Below are positions 1-9,835 of a stretch of DNA of 64,000 bases, piece by piece. Each line of letters opens with the position of its first letter. Position 1 is the first letter of the stretch. A program made the translations under genes and the position numbers. Source of the DNA: Bacteroidaceae bacterium. GTDB taxonomy: Bacteria > Bacteroidota > Bacteroidia > Bacteroidales > Bacteroidaceae. Under the pieces are notes generated by a model, which was not told the origin of the DNA, made no database searches, and saw only the letters and a list, made by a program, of their open reading frames with translations. The stretch covers positions 29,331 to 93,330 of the forward strand of contig CAVBGK010000009.1 of the NCBI GenBank assembly GCA_963594995.1. The letters run 5' to 3'.

Positions 1-43
1 CCTGCACCGCCGAATGCACGTTGATCAATCCATCAAACCACAT
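1..43 (-). CDS. 5' end of a gene running off the window (MWFDGLINVHSAVQ...), possibly an AspT/YidE/YbjL-type transporter
   Basis: ATG at 43 and an open frame to the window edge, downstream of a minus-strand TACCTTTG box at 108-115. The family guess rests on only 14 residues. Confidence 0.45.
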   Translation of the reverse strand, partial: MWFDGLINVHSAVQ

Positions 44-107
44 GACTATTGCGTATCTATACGACTTAAAAAGTTTGTTTTTATAAGTTTTTTATTCAAT
101 TCGGGTG

Positions 108-198
108 CAAAGGTACTGCAAATAAACGAATAAAACAAACGAAAAAAGGATTTATTTGAAGAAAACTGAAACCAAATCAAAGTTTTTTCGTACCTTTG
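108..198. promoter_or_regulatory. Divergent Bacteroidetes sigma-70 -7 boxes (TACCTTTG minus 108-115; plus 191-198)
   Basis: Exact TAnnTTTG motifs facing the two flanking genes in an AT-rich spacer. Confidence 0.7.
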
Positions 199-283
199 CA
201 GCTGTTTTCGGTCAGCCGAATCGCATTCAGCTGGCGGCGAAGACATTCAAAACCAGAAAGAAAAGATATTTGTTGTAACAAAA

Positions 284-1153
284 ATGAAAGATATTTGTTG
301 TATTGGTCACATCACCAAAGATAAGATTGTAACGCCCAACCGCACAGTCTATATGGCAGGCGGCACATCGTTTTACTTTGCCTACGCCATCAACCAGTTA
401 CCCCATGACGTGAGCTTCTCGCTTGTCACCGCCATGGACCCCACCGAGAAGACACCCGTGGAGAAGATGCAACGGCTCGGCATAGACGTCACTCTCAACG
501 CCTCCCGCAATACCGTGTTCTTCGAGAACATCTATGGAGAAAACCAAAACGAGCGCAAGCAGCGTGTGTTGGCCAAGGCAGACCCCTTCACCATCGAGCA
601 ACTGAAAGACGTGGAGGCAAAGGTGTTCCACCTCGGCACTCTCCTTAGCGACGACTTCCCCACCGATGTAGTGGAGTACCTCTCCTCCAAAGGGCGCGTC
701 TCCATCGACGTGCAGGGGTATCTCCGTGAGGTAAGAGACGAAAAGGTGTATTCCGTGGATTGGAAAGACAAGCGAACTGTGCTCAAGCACACCTATTACC
801 TGAAAGTGAACGAGATAGAGATGGAAACCATCACAGGTCTGAAGAATCCTCATGAGGCGGCGAAGCTGCTCCACTCATGGGGTGTCACCGAGGTCATTAT
901 CACCCTGGGCAGCGAGGGTTCGCTCGTCTATGTGGATGACACCTTCTACGAGATTCCCGCCTATGCCCCCCATGAGGTCGTGGATGCCACCGGATGCGGC
1001 GACACCTATTCAGCCGGCTACCTCTACAAGCGGTTGCAAGGCGCCAATCCTACCGACGCAGGCAAGTTTGCCGCAGCGATGTGTACCATCAAGTTGGAGC
1101 ACAACGGTCCTTTCAACCGCACAAAAAAGGAGGTAGAAAATATCATCAAGTAA
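284..1153 (+). CDS. PfkB/ribokinase-family carbohydrate kinase
   Basis: N-terminal IGHITKD...AGG, NEIE, and the C-terminal PfkB signature DATGCGDTY. Confidence 0.9.
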   Translation: MKDICCIGHITKDKIVTPNRTVYMAGGTSFYFAYAINQLPHDVSFSLVTAMDPTEKTPVEKMQRLGIDVTLNASRNTVFFENIYGENQNERKQRVLAKADPFTIEQLKDVEAKVFHLGTLLSDDFPTDVVEYLSSKGRVSIDVQGYLREVRDEKVYSVDWKDKRTVLKHTYYLKVNEIEMETITGLKNPHEAAKLLHSWGVTEVIITLGSEGSLVYVDDTFYEIPAYAPHEVVDATGCGDTYSAGYLYKRLQGANPTDAGKFAAAMCTIKLEHNGPFNRTKKEVENIIK

Positions 1154-1201
1154 TATATTTTTGTCGAAATGCTTTGCCCCGACTCCAACGTCCAAAGCCC
1201 A

Positions 1202-2089
1202 TCATTGAAGCGACGAGCTGACGTTGATACGAAGCGAAGACGTGTCAAACCGGATGCCATCCCGGTCGATGAACCGAGACAAAAGCCCATCATCAGCCAG
1301 CTGGCGTGGAGTTCCCACCGCCAACTGGTTGTTTTTATATTCCACCTCTTGAATCCCCTCTGCTGCTTCTCTTCCACCCAACAACCAAAGTTTGTCGGCG
1401 ATTTGAAGTGCCAGTTCGAGGTCGTGGGTAGAAAGGAGAATGGTTTTGCGCAACTCATGCGCCATACGTCGAAGCAACAGCATCACCTCCACCTTACTCG
1501 GATAGTCGAGGAAGGCTGTTGGCTCGTCTAGCAACACGATGTCGGTTTGCTGGGCGAGAGCCTTGGCAATCATCACTTTCTGCTTCTCCCCATCGCTCAG
1601 TGTATGAAACTGGCGACGGCGCAATTTCACAATACCCACCAGAGCAAGGGCATCCTCCACCGCCGCTTGGTCGGAGGAAGACAAACGCCCCCAAAAGTCC
1701 GTATAAGGCGACCTGCCAATGGCCAACAGTTCCTCCACCCTCATGGCCGCCACATCGGTTTTTTGCGTCAAGACAACGCCAATCTTACTTGCTAACTCAC
1801 GAGGAGAACATTCTCCCAAAGAGCGATATGGAGAGGAAGCTATGCGCTGGGAAGAAAAAGAAGCGTTCTTCGAGTCAAGAAGCCGAATGTCCCCCCCAAA
1901 GACGGGTTGGAAGCCACCTAAAGTGCGGAGCAAGGTTGATTTCCCCACTCCATTCGCCCCAATCAAACAGGTAAGTTCCCCGGCAAAGAGTGCAGTATCG
2001 ATACCATCCACTACCACCCTTCTACTGCGCTTGGAAGCATACCCTATGCTTACCTGTTCCAATATCATCGTAGCTTGTTCAAACTCCAT
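1202..2089 (-). CDS. ABC transporter ATP-binding protein, iron-complex/cobalamin (FecE/BtuD-like) type
   Basis: Walker A GANGVGKST, signature LSDGEKQK, Walker B LLDEPT, H-loop STHD. Confidence 0.9.
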   Translation of the reverse strand: MEFEQATMILEQVSIGYASKRSRRVVVDGIDTALFAGELTCLIGANGVGKSTLLRTLGGFQPVFGGDIRLLDSKNASFSSQRIASSPYRSLGECSPRELASKIGVVLTQKTDVAAMRVEELLAIGRSPYTDFWGRLSSSDQAAVEDALALVGIVKLRRRQFHTLSDGEKQKVMIAKALAQQTDIVLLDEPTAFLDYPSKVEVMLLLRRMAHELRKTILLSTHDLELALQIADKLWLLGGREAAEGIQEVEYKNNQLAVGTPRQLADDGLLSRFIDRDGIRFDTSSLRINVSSSLQ

Positions 2090-2385
2090 ATCACCTGTGA
2101 ATCTTAAATTGTGAAACGTAAAACCGTCTTATCGTTCAATCTGCAAAAGTAACACTTATCTCACAATTTTGCAAATAAACTAACATTTATTCATAAAAAG
2201 ATGGCAAAAAGCGAAAGGATAAAACACTCTTGTTTGTCTACTTTTTCGCCAAACCATAAGCAAAAGCCAATAACTTACTTACGAATCGCCAAAAACAAAA
2301 GCCAAAAACAAACAACATTATAATTTTTCGCCCCTCACATAAGTTAAAAAACTATTAAATCGTTCGCTATCTCAAAGAAAAGCTA

Positions 2386-2393
2386 TAATTTTG
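2386..2393 (+). promoter_or_regulatory. -7 promoter box for ddh
   Basis: TAATTTTG(C) about 145 nt upstream of the ddh ATG. Confidence 0.6.
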
Positions 2394-2536
2394 CATCCGT
2401 TTGCAAGAATATGAAGAGCAAAGGCTTCCTAGTATGACAGAACCCAAGAACTTAAACAACAAAAAAAAGAGTTCCAGACTACGACAAGAGACAAACAATC
2501 GGAATACAGACAACAACACTATAAACAATAAAAGAA

Positions 2537-3436
2537 ATGAAAAAAATCAGAGCAGCCGTAGTAGGATACGGCAACATTGGTAAATTCTCAGTGGAGGCAC
2601 TCGAAGCAGCACCCGATTTCGAAATTGCAGGTATCGTACGCCGACAAGGCGACAAGGACAAGCCTGCAGAGTTGGCACAGTATGAGGTGGTGGATGACAT
2701 CACCAAGCTGAAGGACGTGGACGTAGCCATCCTCGCCACTCCTACTCGTTCATGCCCTGAGTATGCGGAGAAGATCGTAGCCCTCGGCATCAACACCGTA
2801 GATAGCTTCGACATCCACACGAGCATCCTTGACTACCGCACCAAACAGATGGAGAACTGCCACAAAGCTGGCAAGGTGAGCGTCATCTCCGCCGGTTGGG
2901 ATCCAGGTTCAGACTCCATCGTACGCGTGCTCATGGAGAGTCTCGCCCCCAAGGGTTTGAGCTACACCAACTTTGGTCCAGGCATGAGTATGGGCCACTC
3001 GGTATGCGTGCGCAGCAAGAAGGGCGTGAAGGAAGCTCTATCCGTCACCATTCCACTGGGTGAGGGCATTCACCGCCGCATGGTATATGTGGAATTGGAA
3101 GAAGATGCCACGCTTGAGGAGGTAACAGCCGAGATCAAGGCTGACCCATACTTCGCACACGACGAGACACACGTCTTCGCAGTAGCGTCGGTAGATGACG
3201 TGAAGGATATGGGGCATGGCGTGAACCTCGTCCGCAAGGGGGTTTCTGGCAAAACCCAGAATCAGCGTTTCGAGTTCAACATGAGCATCAACAACCCCGC
3301 CCTCACCGCACAGGTCTTGGTCAACGTGGCACGCGCTTCCATGCGTCTCTCCCCAGGTTGCTACACCATGCCTGAGATTCCAGTTATCGACATGCTCCCC
3401 GGAACTCGCGAGGAAATCGTCGCCACTCTTGTATAA
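2537..3436 (+). CDS. ddh: meso-diaminopimelate dehydrogenase
   Basis: GYGNIG Rossmann motif, VDSFDIH, GWDPG, GPGMSMGHS, NNPALTA. Confidence 0.93.
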   Translation: MKKIRAAVVGYGNIGKFSVEALEAAPDFEIAGIVRRQGDKDKPAELAQYEVVDDITKLKDVDVAILATPTRSCPEYAEKIVALGINTVDSFDIHTSILDYRTKQMENCHKAGKVSVISAGWDPGSDSIVRVLMESLAPKGLSYTNFGPGMSMGHSVCVRSKKGVKEALSVTIPLGEGIHRRMVYVELEEDATLEEVTAEIKADPYFAHDETHVFAVASVDDVKDMGHGVNLVRKGVSGKTQNQRFEFNMSINNPALTAQVLVNVARASMRLSPGCYTMPEIPVIDMLPGTREEIVATLV

Positions 3437-3442
3437 GAAATT

Positions 3443-3475
3443 GGGAGAGGGGAAAGCCAACATTCCCTCTCTCCC
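3443..3475. terminator. Hairpin between convergent ddh and menE
   Basis: GGGAGAGGGGAA...TTCCCTCTCTCCC imperfect inverted repeat. Confidence 0.6.
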
Positions 3476-3503
3476 TCAAAGATTTCCTAGCTTTTTCAGC
3501 TTG

Positions 3504-4472
3504 TCATAAATCAGTTGTAAATATCATTCTCTTCGGCTTGCCTGTCTCCGTCATCGGCAGATGGTCGAAATGCAGAAATTTCCTAGGCACCCAATACCTT
3601 GACTTTTTCTCCAACACCTTGCGGCAGATGCATTCGATGCCCTTCAGGTCATCAGACTCGGTTATCAGCACGGCGATTTCTCCAAACTTAGCGTCTTTTT
3701 TCTTCGCCAGCATAAACGGTGCAAACAGATGAGGTCGCAGCAAAGCCTCCACTTCCTCAATCTGGATTTTTATCCCACCGCTACAAATCACATTGTCCTT
3801 TCTCCCCTTGATACGGAACAAGCCGTCCTTGATTTCAGCAATGTCGTTCGTCACCAACGTATCTTGGCAGACCAAAGGTGCGTCTATGACAAGACATCCA
3901 TCCCCGTTAAGCGAAACACAGACGCCATCGAAAGGGCGATACCACTCACTGGCATCATCGCCATTCAAGCGCCGTAAGGCGATATGCGAGAGGGTTTCCG
4001 TCATGCCATAGGTGCTCCACACAGCATTAGGCATCCTCCGAAGCTCAACGGCCATAGCATCGTCGATTGCCCCACCGCCTATAATCAAATGGCGGATGCG
4101 GCTCAAGCGTTCACGCTCCCCAGGCACCTGCAAGCTACCATACACCTGCAACGGCACCATCGCAGCAAAGTCGATACCCCCCAAGTCATCAATCGCCAAA
4201 GGATGCCCACAAGGCTTGACGCTGACAAGCCTAAGCCCACGCTCGATGCTACGCACCACCACCATCTTGCCCGCGATATAGTCAAGCGACATACAGAGCA
4301 AGGCGGTGTCACCTGACTTCAGCCCTAGGAAGTCACACGTAATGCGGGCGGAATTGAGCATCCTCGCCTTCTCCACCCACATCGGCTTGGGCTTGCCCGT
4401 AGAGCCACTGGTATGCACCAGCAAACGCTCATTCCCGCTGTTCCATTCAGCCAAAAACTCCTCCAGACTCAT
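3504..4472 (-). CDS. menE: O-succinylbenzoate-CoA ligase (short Bacteroidetes form)
   Basis: AMP-binding motifs TSGSTGKPK, YGMTET, GRKDNVICSGG; overlaps the menC stop codon. Confidence 0.88.
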   Translation of the reverse strand: MSLEEFLAEWNSGNERLLVHTSGSTGKPKPMWVEKARMLNSARITCDFLGLKSGDTALLCMSLDYIAGKMVVVRSIERGLRLVSVKPCGHPLAIDDLGGIDFAAMVPLQVYGSLQVPGERERLSRIRHLIIGGGAIDDAMAVELRRMPNAVWSTYGMTETLSHIALRRLNGDDASEWYRPFDGVCVSLNGDGCLVIDAPLVCQDTLVTNDIAEIKDGLFRIKGRKDNVICSGGIKIQIEEVEALLRPHLFAPFMLAKKKDAKFGEIAVLITESDDLKGIECICRKVLEKKSRYWVPRKFLHFDHLPMTETGKPKRMIFTTDL

Positions 4473-5533
4473 TTCACCACGAACAGTTTGTCTCCCTTGA
4501 TTTCCAAGGGCATTTCTATATTGTCGGCGAAGAGCTGACCTGTACCCAATCCTTGCGGCATCCGTACATCAGGACCATACATCTGGGCACAGAAGTAGGC
4601 TATAGCGCCCAAGCCCACATTACTCTCCAATGCCGAGGTTATCCAACTGCCTATGCCACGCTCATCTGCAAGCGAAATCCATTCCCTGCAACCATACATT
4701 CCCCCATGGAGCGATGGTTTCAAGACGATGTACTGGGGGCGGATGGTGTCGAGCAAAGCTTGTTTCATCGACTTCACGTTCACGCCTACTAACTCCTCGT
4801 CGAGGGCGATGGGGAGAGGACTCTCGCGGCACAGATCCGCCATCTTGCGCCACTGATGCTGCTTGATGGGTTGCTCAATTGAATGGATGTCGTACTGCGC
4901 CAAGGCCTCTAACCTGCTCATGGCATCCTCGGGCGTGAAGCCCCCGTTGGCATCCACTCGAAGCTCCACCTGTTCTGGGGTAAAATCCTGACGTATATGC
5001 TTAACGAGGTCGAGTTCCTTGCAGAAGTCGATAGCGCCTATCTTCAGTTTCACGCAGTGGAAGCCCGCCTTCAATTTATCTTCCAGCCGCCGATACATCT
5101 CATCGTAAGTTCCCATCCACACCAAGCCGTTGATGGTGATACCTTCCTCGCCACGGGCGAATGGTGAGTCATAGAGACTAGCCAAGTCGGCTGCCCAGGC
5201 AGGAGCGTCCGCAGAGCACTGGTGGAAGAAATCTGCGAAAGCCGACTCCAAGCCAAACGTGATGCTCGGATAGGCACGTATCATGTCGTAAGGGATGCGT
5301 CCCATCTGCTCCACCATCCTGCACACCTGTCGAAGCGTCACCTCATACTCGGGCTTGGCATCACAGCTGAGGTCAGGTAACGTGGCACACTCCCCCACTC
5401 CTCTCACCCCAGGACAATCATCCGAGGCAACCGTGAGAAAATAGCTGTGCCGGGTCGTATAAACTCCGCGGGAAGTACCCGCAGGTTGCTTAAAATGGAG
5501 CGTCCGTTCCGTTATTTCTATCTTATAGTTCAT
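4469..5533 (-). CDS. menC: o-succinylbenzoate synthase (enolase superfamily)
   Basis: KLKIG, RVDANGG, IEQP, LDEE, GLGTG; adjacent to menE. Confidence 0.9.
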   Translation of the reverse strand: MNYKIEITERTLHFKQPAGTSRGVYTTRHSYFLTVASDDCPGVRGVGECATLPDLSCDAKPEYEVTLRQVCRMVEQMGRIPYDMIRAYPSITFGLESAFADFFHQCSADAPAWAADLASLYDSPFARGEEGITINGLVWMGTYDEMYRRLEDKLKAGFHCVKLKIGAIDFCKELDLVKHIRQDFTPEQVELRVDANGGFTPEDAMSRLEALAQYDIHSIEQPIKQHQWRKMADLCRESPLPIALDEELVGVNVKSMKQALLDTIRPQYIVLKPSLHGGMYGCREWISLADERGIGSWITSALESNVGLGAIAYFCAQMYGPDVRMPQGLGTGQLFADNIEMPLEIKGDKLFVVK

Positions 5534-5741
5534 CTTTCTTCTGCTTCTTTGAGAATCAATAAATTACCAAGCACAAAAGTACAAAAATAAATCCTATTTA
5601 CAGAAAGATGGCATAAAAAAGATGGAAAATATATATAAAAAAGAGGTATTACAAAAATTATCAGTACCTTTGCACCACCCAATGCAAACAAATTATGTTT
5701 TAAAGGCAAAATGACAAACAACTAAAAAGAAGAAAAAAAGA

Positions 5742-6629
5742 ATGAACAACAGTAATAAAGTAAAAGGATTTTCGGCTGGCATCATCGCCGCCATCTGCTA
5801 CGGTACCAACCCTTTGGGAACACTCAAACTATACCACGACGGATTCTCCTCCGGATCCGTGCTCATCTACCGCTACCTGCTGGCAGTGATGATGTTCGCC
5901 ATCGTGATGCTCTTCAAGCGAGAGAGCTTCACCGTCAAGTGGGGACATGCTATACGCCTTGCCTTCCTCGGGAGTTTCTTCTCCCTCTCCTCCTGTACTC
6001 TCTATGTGAGCTTCCAATATATGGCGGCAGGCATCGCCAGTACCCTGCTCTTTGTCTATCCCATCATGACGGCGGTGCTAATGACGGTGTTTTTCCACGA
6101 GAAGGTGACATGGACAACCTCTCTGGCCATCCTCCTCGCCGTGTTGGGCGTAGGGCTACTCTACCAGGGTGATGGCGACGAGAAACTGAGCACCACGGGA
6201 TTTGCGCTCGTAATGGTGTCATCGTTGCTTTACGCCATGTACATAATATCGGTGAACCGCTGGAACACCACGATGTCGAACGTGAAGTTCACCTTCTGGG
6301 TATTGGTGTTCGGTATGATTACAATGGTTCTCTTCACACTGATTTCAGGCGAGAGTTTCCAGTTGTTACACACTCCCAAGCAGTGGCTTTGCGCCACCCA
6401 GCTCGCCTTACTTCCCACGGTGTTGTCCCTTTTCTTCATGACCATCTCCATCAACCTCATCGGCAGTACACCTGCCGCCATCATGGGGGCACTGGAGCCC
6501 GTCACAGCCGTCATCATCGGTGTTTTCGTCTTCGGCGAGAACTTTTCCATACAACTGGGCATTGGCATCGCCGCCATCCTAGCTGGCGTGACGTTGATTA
6601 TTCTGAAAGGGAAAAAGGAAAAAGCGTAA
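5742..6629 (+). CDS. DMT/EamA-family inner-membrane transporter
   Basis: About 10 hydrophobic segments in two repeats, LEPVTA motif; TACCTTTG box at 5665-5672. Confidence 0.85.
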   Translation: MNNSNKVKGFSAGIIAAICYGTNPLGTLKLYHDGFSSGSVLIYRYLLAVMMFAIVMLFKRESFTVKWGHAIRLAFLGSFFSLSSCTLYVSFQYMAAGIASTLLFVYPIMTAVLMTVFFHEKVTWTTSLAILLAVLGVGLLYQGDGDEKLSTTGFALVMVSSLLYAMYIISVNRWNTTMSNVKFTFWVLVFGMITMVLFTLISGESFQLLHTPKQWLCATQLALLPTVLSLFFMTISINLIGSTPAAIMGALEPVTAVIIGVFVFGENFSIQLGIGIAAILAGVTLIILKGKKEKA

Positions 6630-6646
6630 AAAGTGTTCATAACAAT

Positions 6647-6699
6647 AAAAACTGGGTACATATTGCAACAAACAAGTTAGCAACATGTACCCAGTTTTT
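6647..6699. terminator. Bidirectional intrinsic terminator
   Basis: AAAAACTGGGTACAT...ATGTACCCAGTTTTT between convergent genes. Confidence 0.8.
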
Positions 6700-6735
6700 A
6701 ACGTTACCTTGCATTTCACATATATACAATGTCCA

Positions 6736-9684
6736 TTACATTCTACCTCCTGGAGGAGGTCCCATCGGACGGCCGCCGCCACCAAACGGGCGACCACCGA
6801 AGTCAGGACGACCGCCGTCTTCCGGTCTTCCCCGGCGACCTTCCTCACGGGCAGCCTTGCCTCCAAAGATGTTCAGACGATATACCACATGGAGCATGGC
6901 ATAAGAGTTGATGGCATTATATTCGGTATCTGTACGGGATGTAGCCGATATAGCACGAGAGAAGGTACTTTGCTGGCGAAGGATGTCGTAAAACTGGAGC
7001 ATCAGCGTCAATGGCTTTCCCTTAAGAAAACCCTGTGAGAGCTGCGCATTCCATACAAACTCATCGGTATTCATGTTGCTGTCGCTATAACCACGGCGGC
7101 TGCTGCAAGAGAGGCTCGTGTTCAAGCTCGTGCCCCAAGGTGCGGTCAGCGTCACTGTAGGACCATAGGAGAACTGCCACGTGTCAAGGTTGCTATTGGG
7201 TTGCAACTTGTTCTTGGCGTGGTTGTAGTTTAATGTTCCGTCGAGCGACACCTCCAACCAGTCGTTGCGATAGCTCAGAGAGAGACGTTCACGCCAGGTG
7301 AGCGAGGTGGTTTTATTCTTCTGCGAGTCGGCGTTCTTATCCACGCTCAGGTAGCTCACATAGTTGTTGTACCCCAGGTTGGTGTCGGTGTTCACATTCC
7401 ATATACCCGCAGAGTCGATGGAGCAGTTGAACATGAAAGCTCCATCTACATTCCAGTTGCCGTTGATGTTTTCGGGGCGTGTGATGCGACCGCCCGTTTC
7501 CTCGTTGTACGTCACCTTGTTACTGATGCTGTTACTCGTGGTCGAAAAGTTGATGAAGGTCATCAATCCCTTGTTGTGGTTCTGCACGAAATTGTTGTAG
7601 AACAAGCGAAAGTTTTGGGTGAACGAAGGCTTCAACCCTGGGTTACCCATGGAGATGTTAAGAGGGTCGCTGTTGTCGGTGATGTCAAGCAACTGTGATA
7701 TGCTAGGTTGCGAGGTAGAGCCTCGGTAGTTAACACGCAGGTTGCTCATCTTGGAGAAGCGGTAACGGAAATCCAAAGTAGGACTCACGTTCATCACCGT
7801 GCGGATGGTATCCACATGCACGCCCTGGTAATCCTGCACATAGCTTGAACGCTGCGGTTGGAACATCACACCAAAGTTCAAGTTGTATTTCTGGCGAATC
7901 ATTCGCATCATCACCTGTATGTCGTGGGTATAGTTCTTGTACTCTGAGAAACGGCTCAAATCATCGCTCTTATAGTCTTCCAATGAACCGCCGATGCGCC
8001 CCAGATAATTGTCCCAGGCACGATATATGGGCGACACGCCGTCAAAGGAGTAGTCGCTAAAATCGTAGGTGCTGCGATCACTCTTCGAGTAACTGTAGGT
8101 AAACTTGTAGCTGAACTGCAGGAAGGTAGCCTTCCATAGGGGTTCACTGTAGGTGGCTTGCGCACTATAGCTATAGTTCTTTGACGGTGTGAGGTTATAG
8201 CGGTTCGTCTGATAAGTGGAATCCTTGCCATCCGCTGTCTGCACGAGATAAAGCCGCGCATTGTTGAGCGAGATGTTCTCGGCATCGTTATTGGTATATT
8301 TGGCATCCATCCTCAATGTGAAGTTACGTCCCTTGGAACCCAACTTACGATTATACTGCAACATTCCATTGATGTTCTTGTTCTCAGAGTAGCTCAGTCC
8401 GCTCGTCTTCTGTCGGTTCACCATCGCCTCCGCCTTGTCGATTTCATCAATGCCCTCATCAGAGAGGGGGTCATCTGTATATAGATAAGGGTCTTGGTTG
8501 TATGAGGCGGAAAGACCAGAGCTACGGCTGTCGCTTGTACTCCAGGAGACCGAAGGACGGAAGAGGATGTTTGTCATCGTGTCGGGCTGCCATTCCAGTC
8601 GAATGTTTCCATTCCAGTTGTTGCCACGAGAGAAACTCTGGCTCAGGCTATTACTGAATGAAGTACTACTTCCGAGGAAGTTTTCGCTCGAACGGCGGCT
8701 CCACACATCGCCGTCGCTATGATTCCATCGCAGGGAGGAGTTGAGCTTCAACTTGTCTTTCTGCTCATAGTTGTAGTTGAGGGCTACCATCTTACTTGCG
8801 TTCAATCCGTTGCCGCCTCCGAACCCTCTGCCAGGTCCACCGCCGCCAAAACCACGGTCACTGGTATTGTTAGCATTGCCAAAAACCATGAATCGGTTAT
8901 TGTCATTGAAATAGCCAGCCATACCACGCGCACTATATCGGTCCTTGTTGCCAATTCCGAGGTCGATGTTGGAGATCATACCTTTGTTCATGCCCTTCTT
9001 CACTCCGAAGTCAAGCACCGTCTGTTCCTCACCGTCATCGATGCCCGTCACCTTGGCGAGGTCGCTTTTCTCATCGTAGGCCTTAATTTTGTCGATAATA
9101 CTAGTAGGCAGGTTCTTGAGAGCCGTCTTTGTGTCGCCCGTCATGAACTCCTTCCCATCAACGAGAATCTTCTTCACCTGCTTTCCGTTGATCTTGATGG
9201 TGCCATCGTCGCTCACCTCAGCACCAGGCAGGCGTTTCACCAGCTCTTCCACCACAGAACCTTCAGGCGTGCGATAAGCTGCCGAATTATACACGAATGT
9301 ATCCTCCTTGAGAGTCACCTTCTGCGCCATCGCCGTCACCACTGCACCCTTCAGCATGATAGCATCGGCACCAATCACCACGTTGCCCATCGCCAGATTC
9401 TTGTCCTCAGAGATGACAATTCGCTTGAGCGTGGGTTTGTAACCCACGCTCGTAATCTTGAGGAGATACTTACCGTTTTCAGGGGCATTGAAGTGGAAAA
9501 GACCTTTCTCGTTGCTGATGCCACCCGTAACATAGGTACTATCGGTCTTAAGCAACTGAACAGTCACTTGCTCCACAGGTTCCTTGGTGTCACGGTCAAT
9601 AATCGCGCCGCTAACCAAACGTTCCTGCGCAAATGATGCCATCGTGACCAATAGCAACAGCATCATCAGGATTGATTTCTTCAT
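6736..9684 (-). CDS. TonB-dependent-receptor-like outer membrane beta-barrel with N-terminal CarboxypepD_reg-like domain
   Basis: Signal peptide MKKSILMM...SFAQ (start moved to the ATG at 9684), prealbumin-like domain, plug-like ELVKRLPG...ILVDGKEF, alternating beta strands, terminal YAMLHVVYRL. Confidence 0.82.
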   Translation of the reverse strand: MKKSILMMLLLLVTMASFAQERLVSGAIIDRDTKEPVEQVTVQLLKTDSTYVTGGISNEKGLFHFNAPENGKYLLKITSVGYKPTLKRIVISEDKNLAMGNVVIGADAIMLKGAVVTAMAQKVTLKEDTFVYNSAAYRTPEGSVVEELVKRLPGAEVSDDGTIKINGKQVKKILVDGKEFMTGDTKTALKNLPTSIIDKIKAYDEKSDLAKVTGIDDGEEQTVLDFGVKKGMNKGMISNIDLGIGNKDRYSARGMAGYFNDNNRFMVFGNANNTSDRGFGGGGPGRGFGGGNGLNASKMVALNYNYEQKDKLKLNSSLRWNHSDGDVWSRRSSENFLGSSTSFSNSLSQSFSRGNNWNGNIRLEWQPDTMTNILFRPSVSWSTSDSRSSGLSASYNQDPYLYTDDPLSDEGIDEIDKAEAMVNRQKTSGLSYSENKNINGMLQYNRKLGSKGRNFTLRMDAKYTNNDAENISLNNARLYLVQTADGKDSTYQTNRYNLTPSKNYSYSAQATYSEPLWKATFLQFSYKFTYSYSKSDRSTYDFSDYSFDGVSPIYRAWDNYLGRIGGSLEDYKSDDLSRFSEYKNYTHDIQVMMRMIRQKYNLNFGVMFQPQRSSYVQDYQGVHVDTIRTVMNVSPTLDFRYRFSKMSNLRVNYRGSTSQPSISQLLDITDNSDPLNISMGNPGLKPSFTQNFRLFYNNFVQNHNKGLMTFINFSTTSNSISNKVTYNEETGGRITRPENINGNWNVDGAFMFNCSIDSAGIWNVNTDTNLGYNNYVSYLSVDKNADSQKNKTTSLTWRERLSLSYRNDWLEVSLDGTLNYNHAKNKLQPNSNLDTWQFSYGPTVTLTAPWGTSLNTSLSCSSRRGYSDSNMNTDEFVWNAQLSQGFLKGKPLTLMLQFYDILRQQSTFSRAISATSRTDTEYNAINSYAMLHVVYRLNIFGGKAAREEGRRGRPEDGGRPDFGGRPFGGGGRPMGPPPGGRM

Positions 9685-9726
9685 TGTCAATAAGTTGTTG
9701 TTTATTACAGATTCATTTTGTAAGGT

Positions 9727-9754
9727 TAGACGCAAACAAGAACATAAAGTTTAA
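9727..9754 (-). promoter_or_regulatory. Candidate ECF-sigma promoter (TTAAAC-N16-CGTCTA)
   Basis: Typical ECF AAC/CGT geometry; no TAnnTTTG box seen on this strand upstream of the gene. Confidence 0.5.
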
Positions 9755-9835
9755 ACGAAAATGCAAAAATATGACGCAATATGCAGACAGCTGAATATTT
9801 TTTTGTATCTTTGCACACAACTAAACGTTATTGTT

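Noticed and set aside
199..233. CAGCTG...TTCGG/CCGAA...CAGCTG hairpin before the PfkB gene
   Set aside because: The 5' arm abuts the -7 box and is probably partly untranscribed; too small to call a riboswitch
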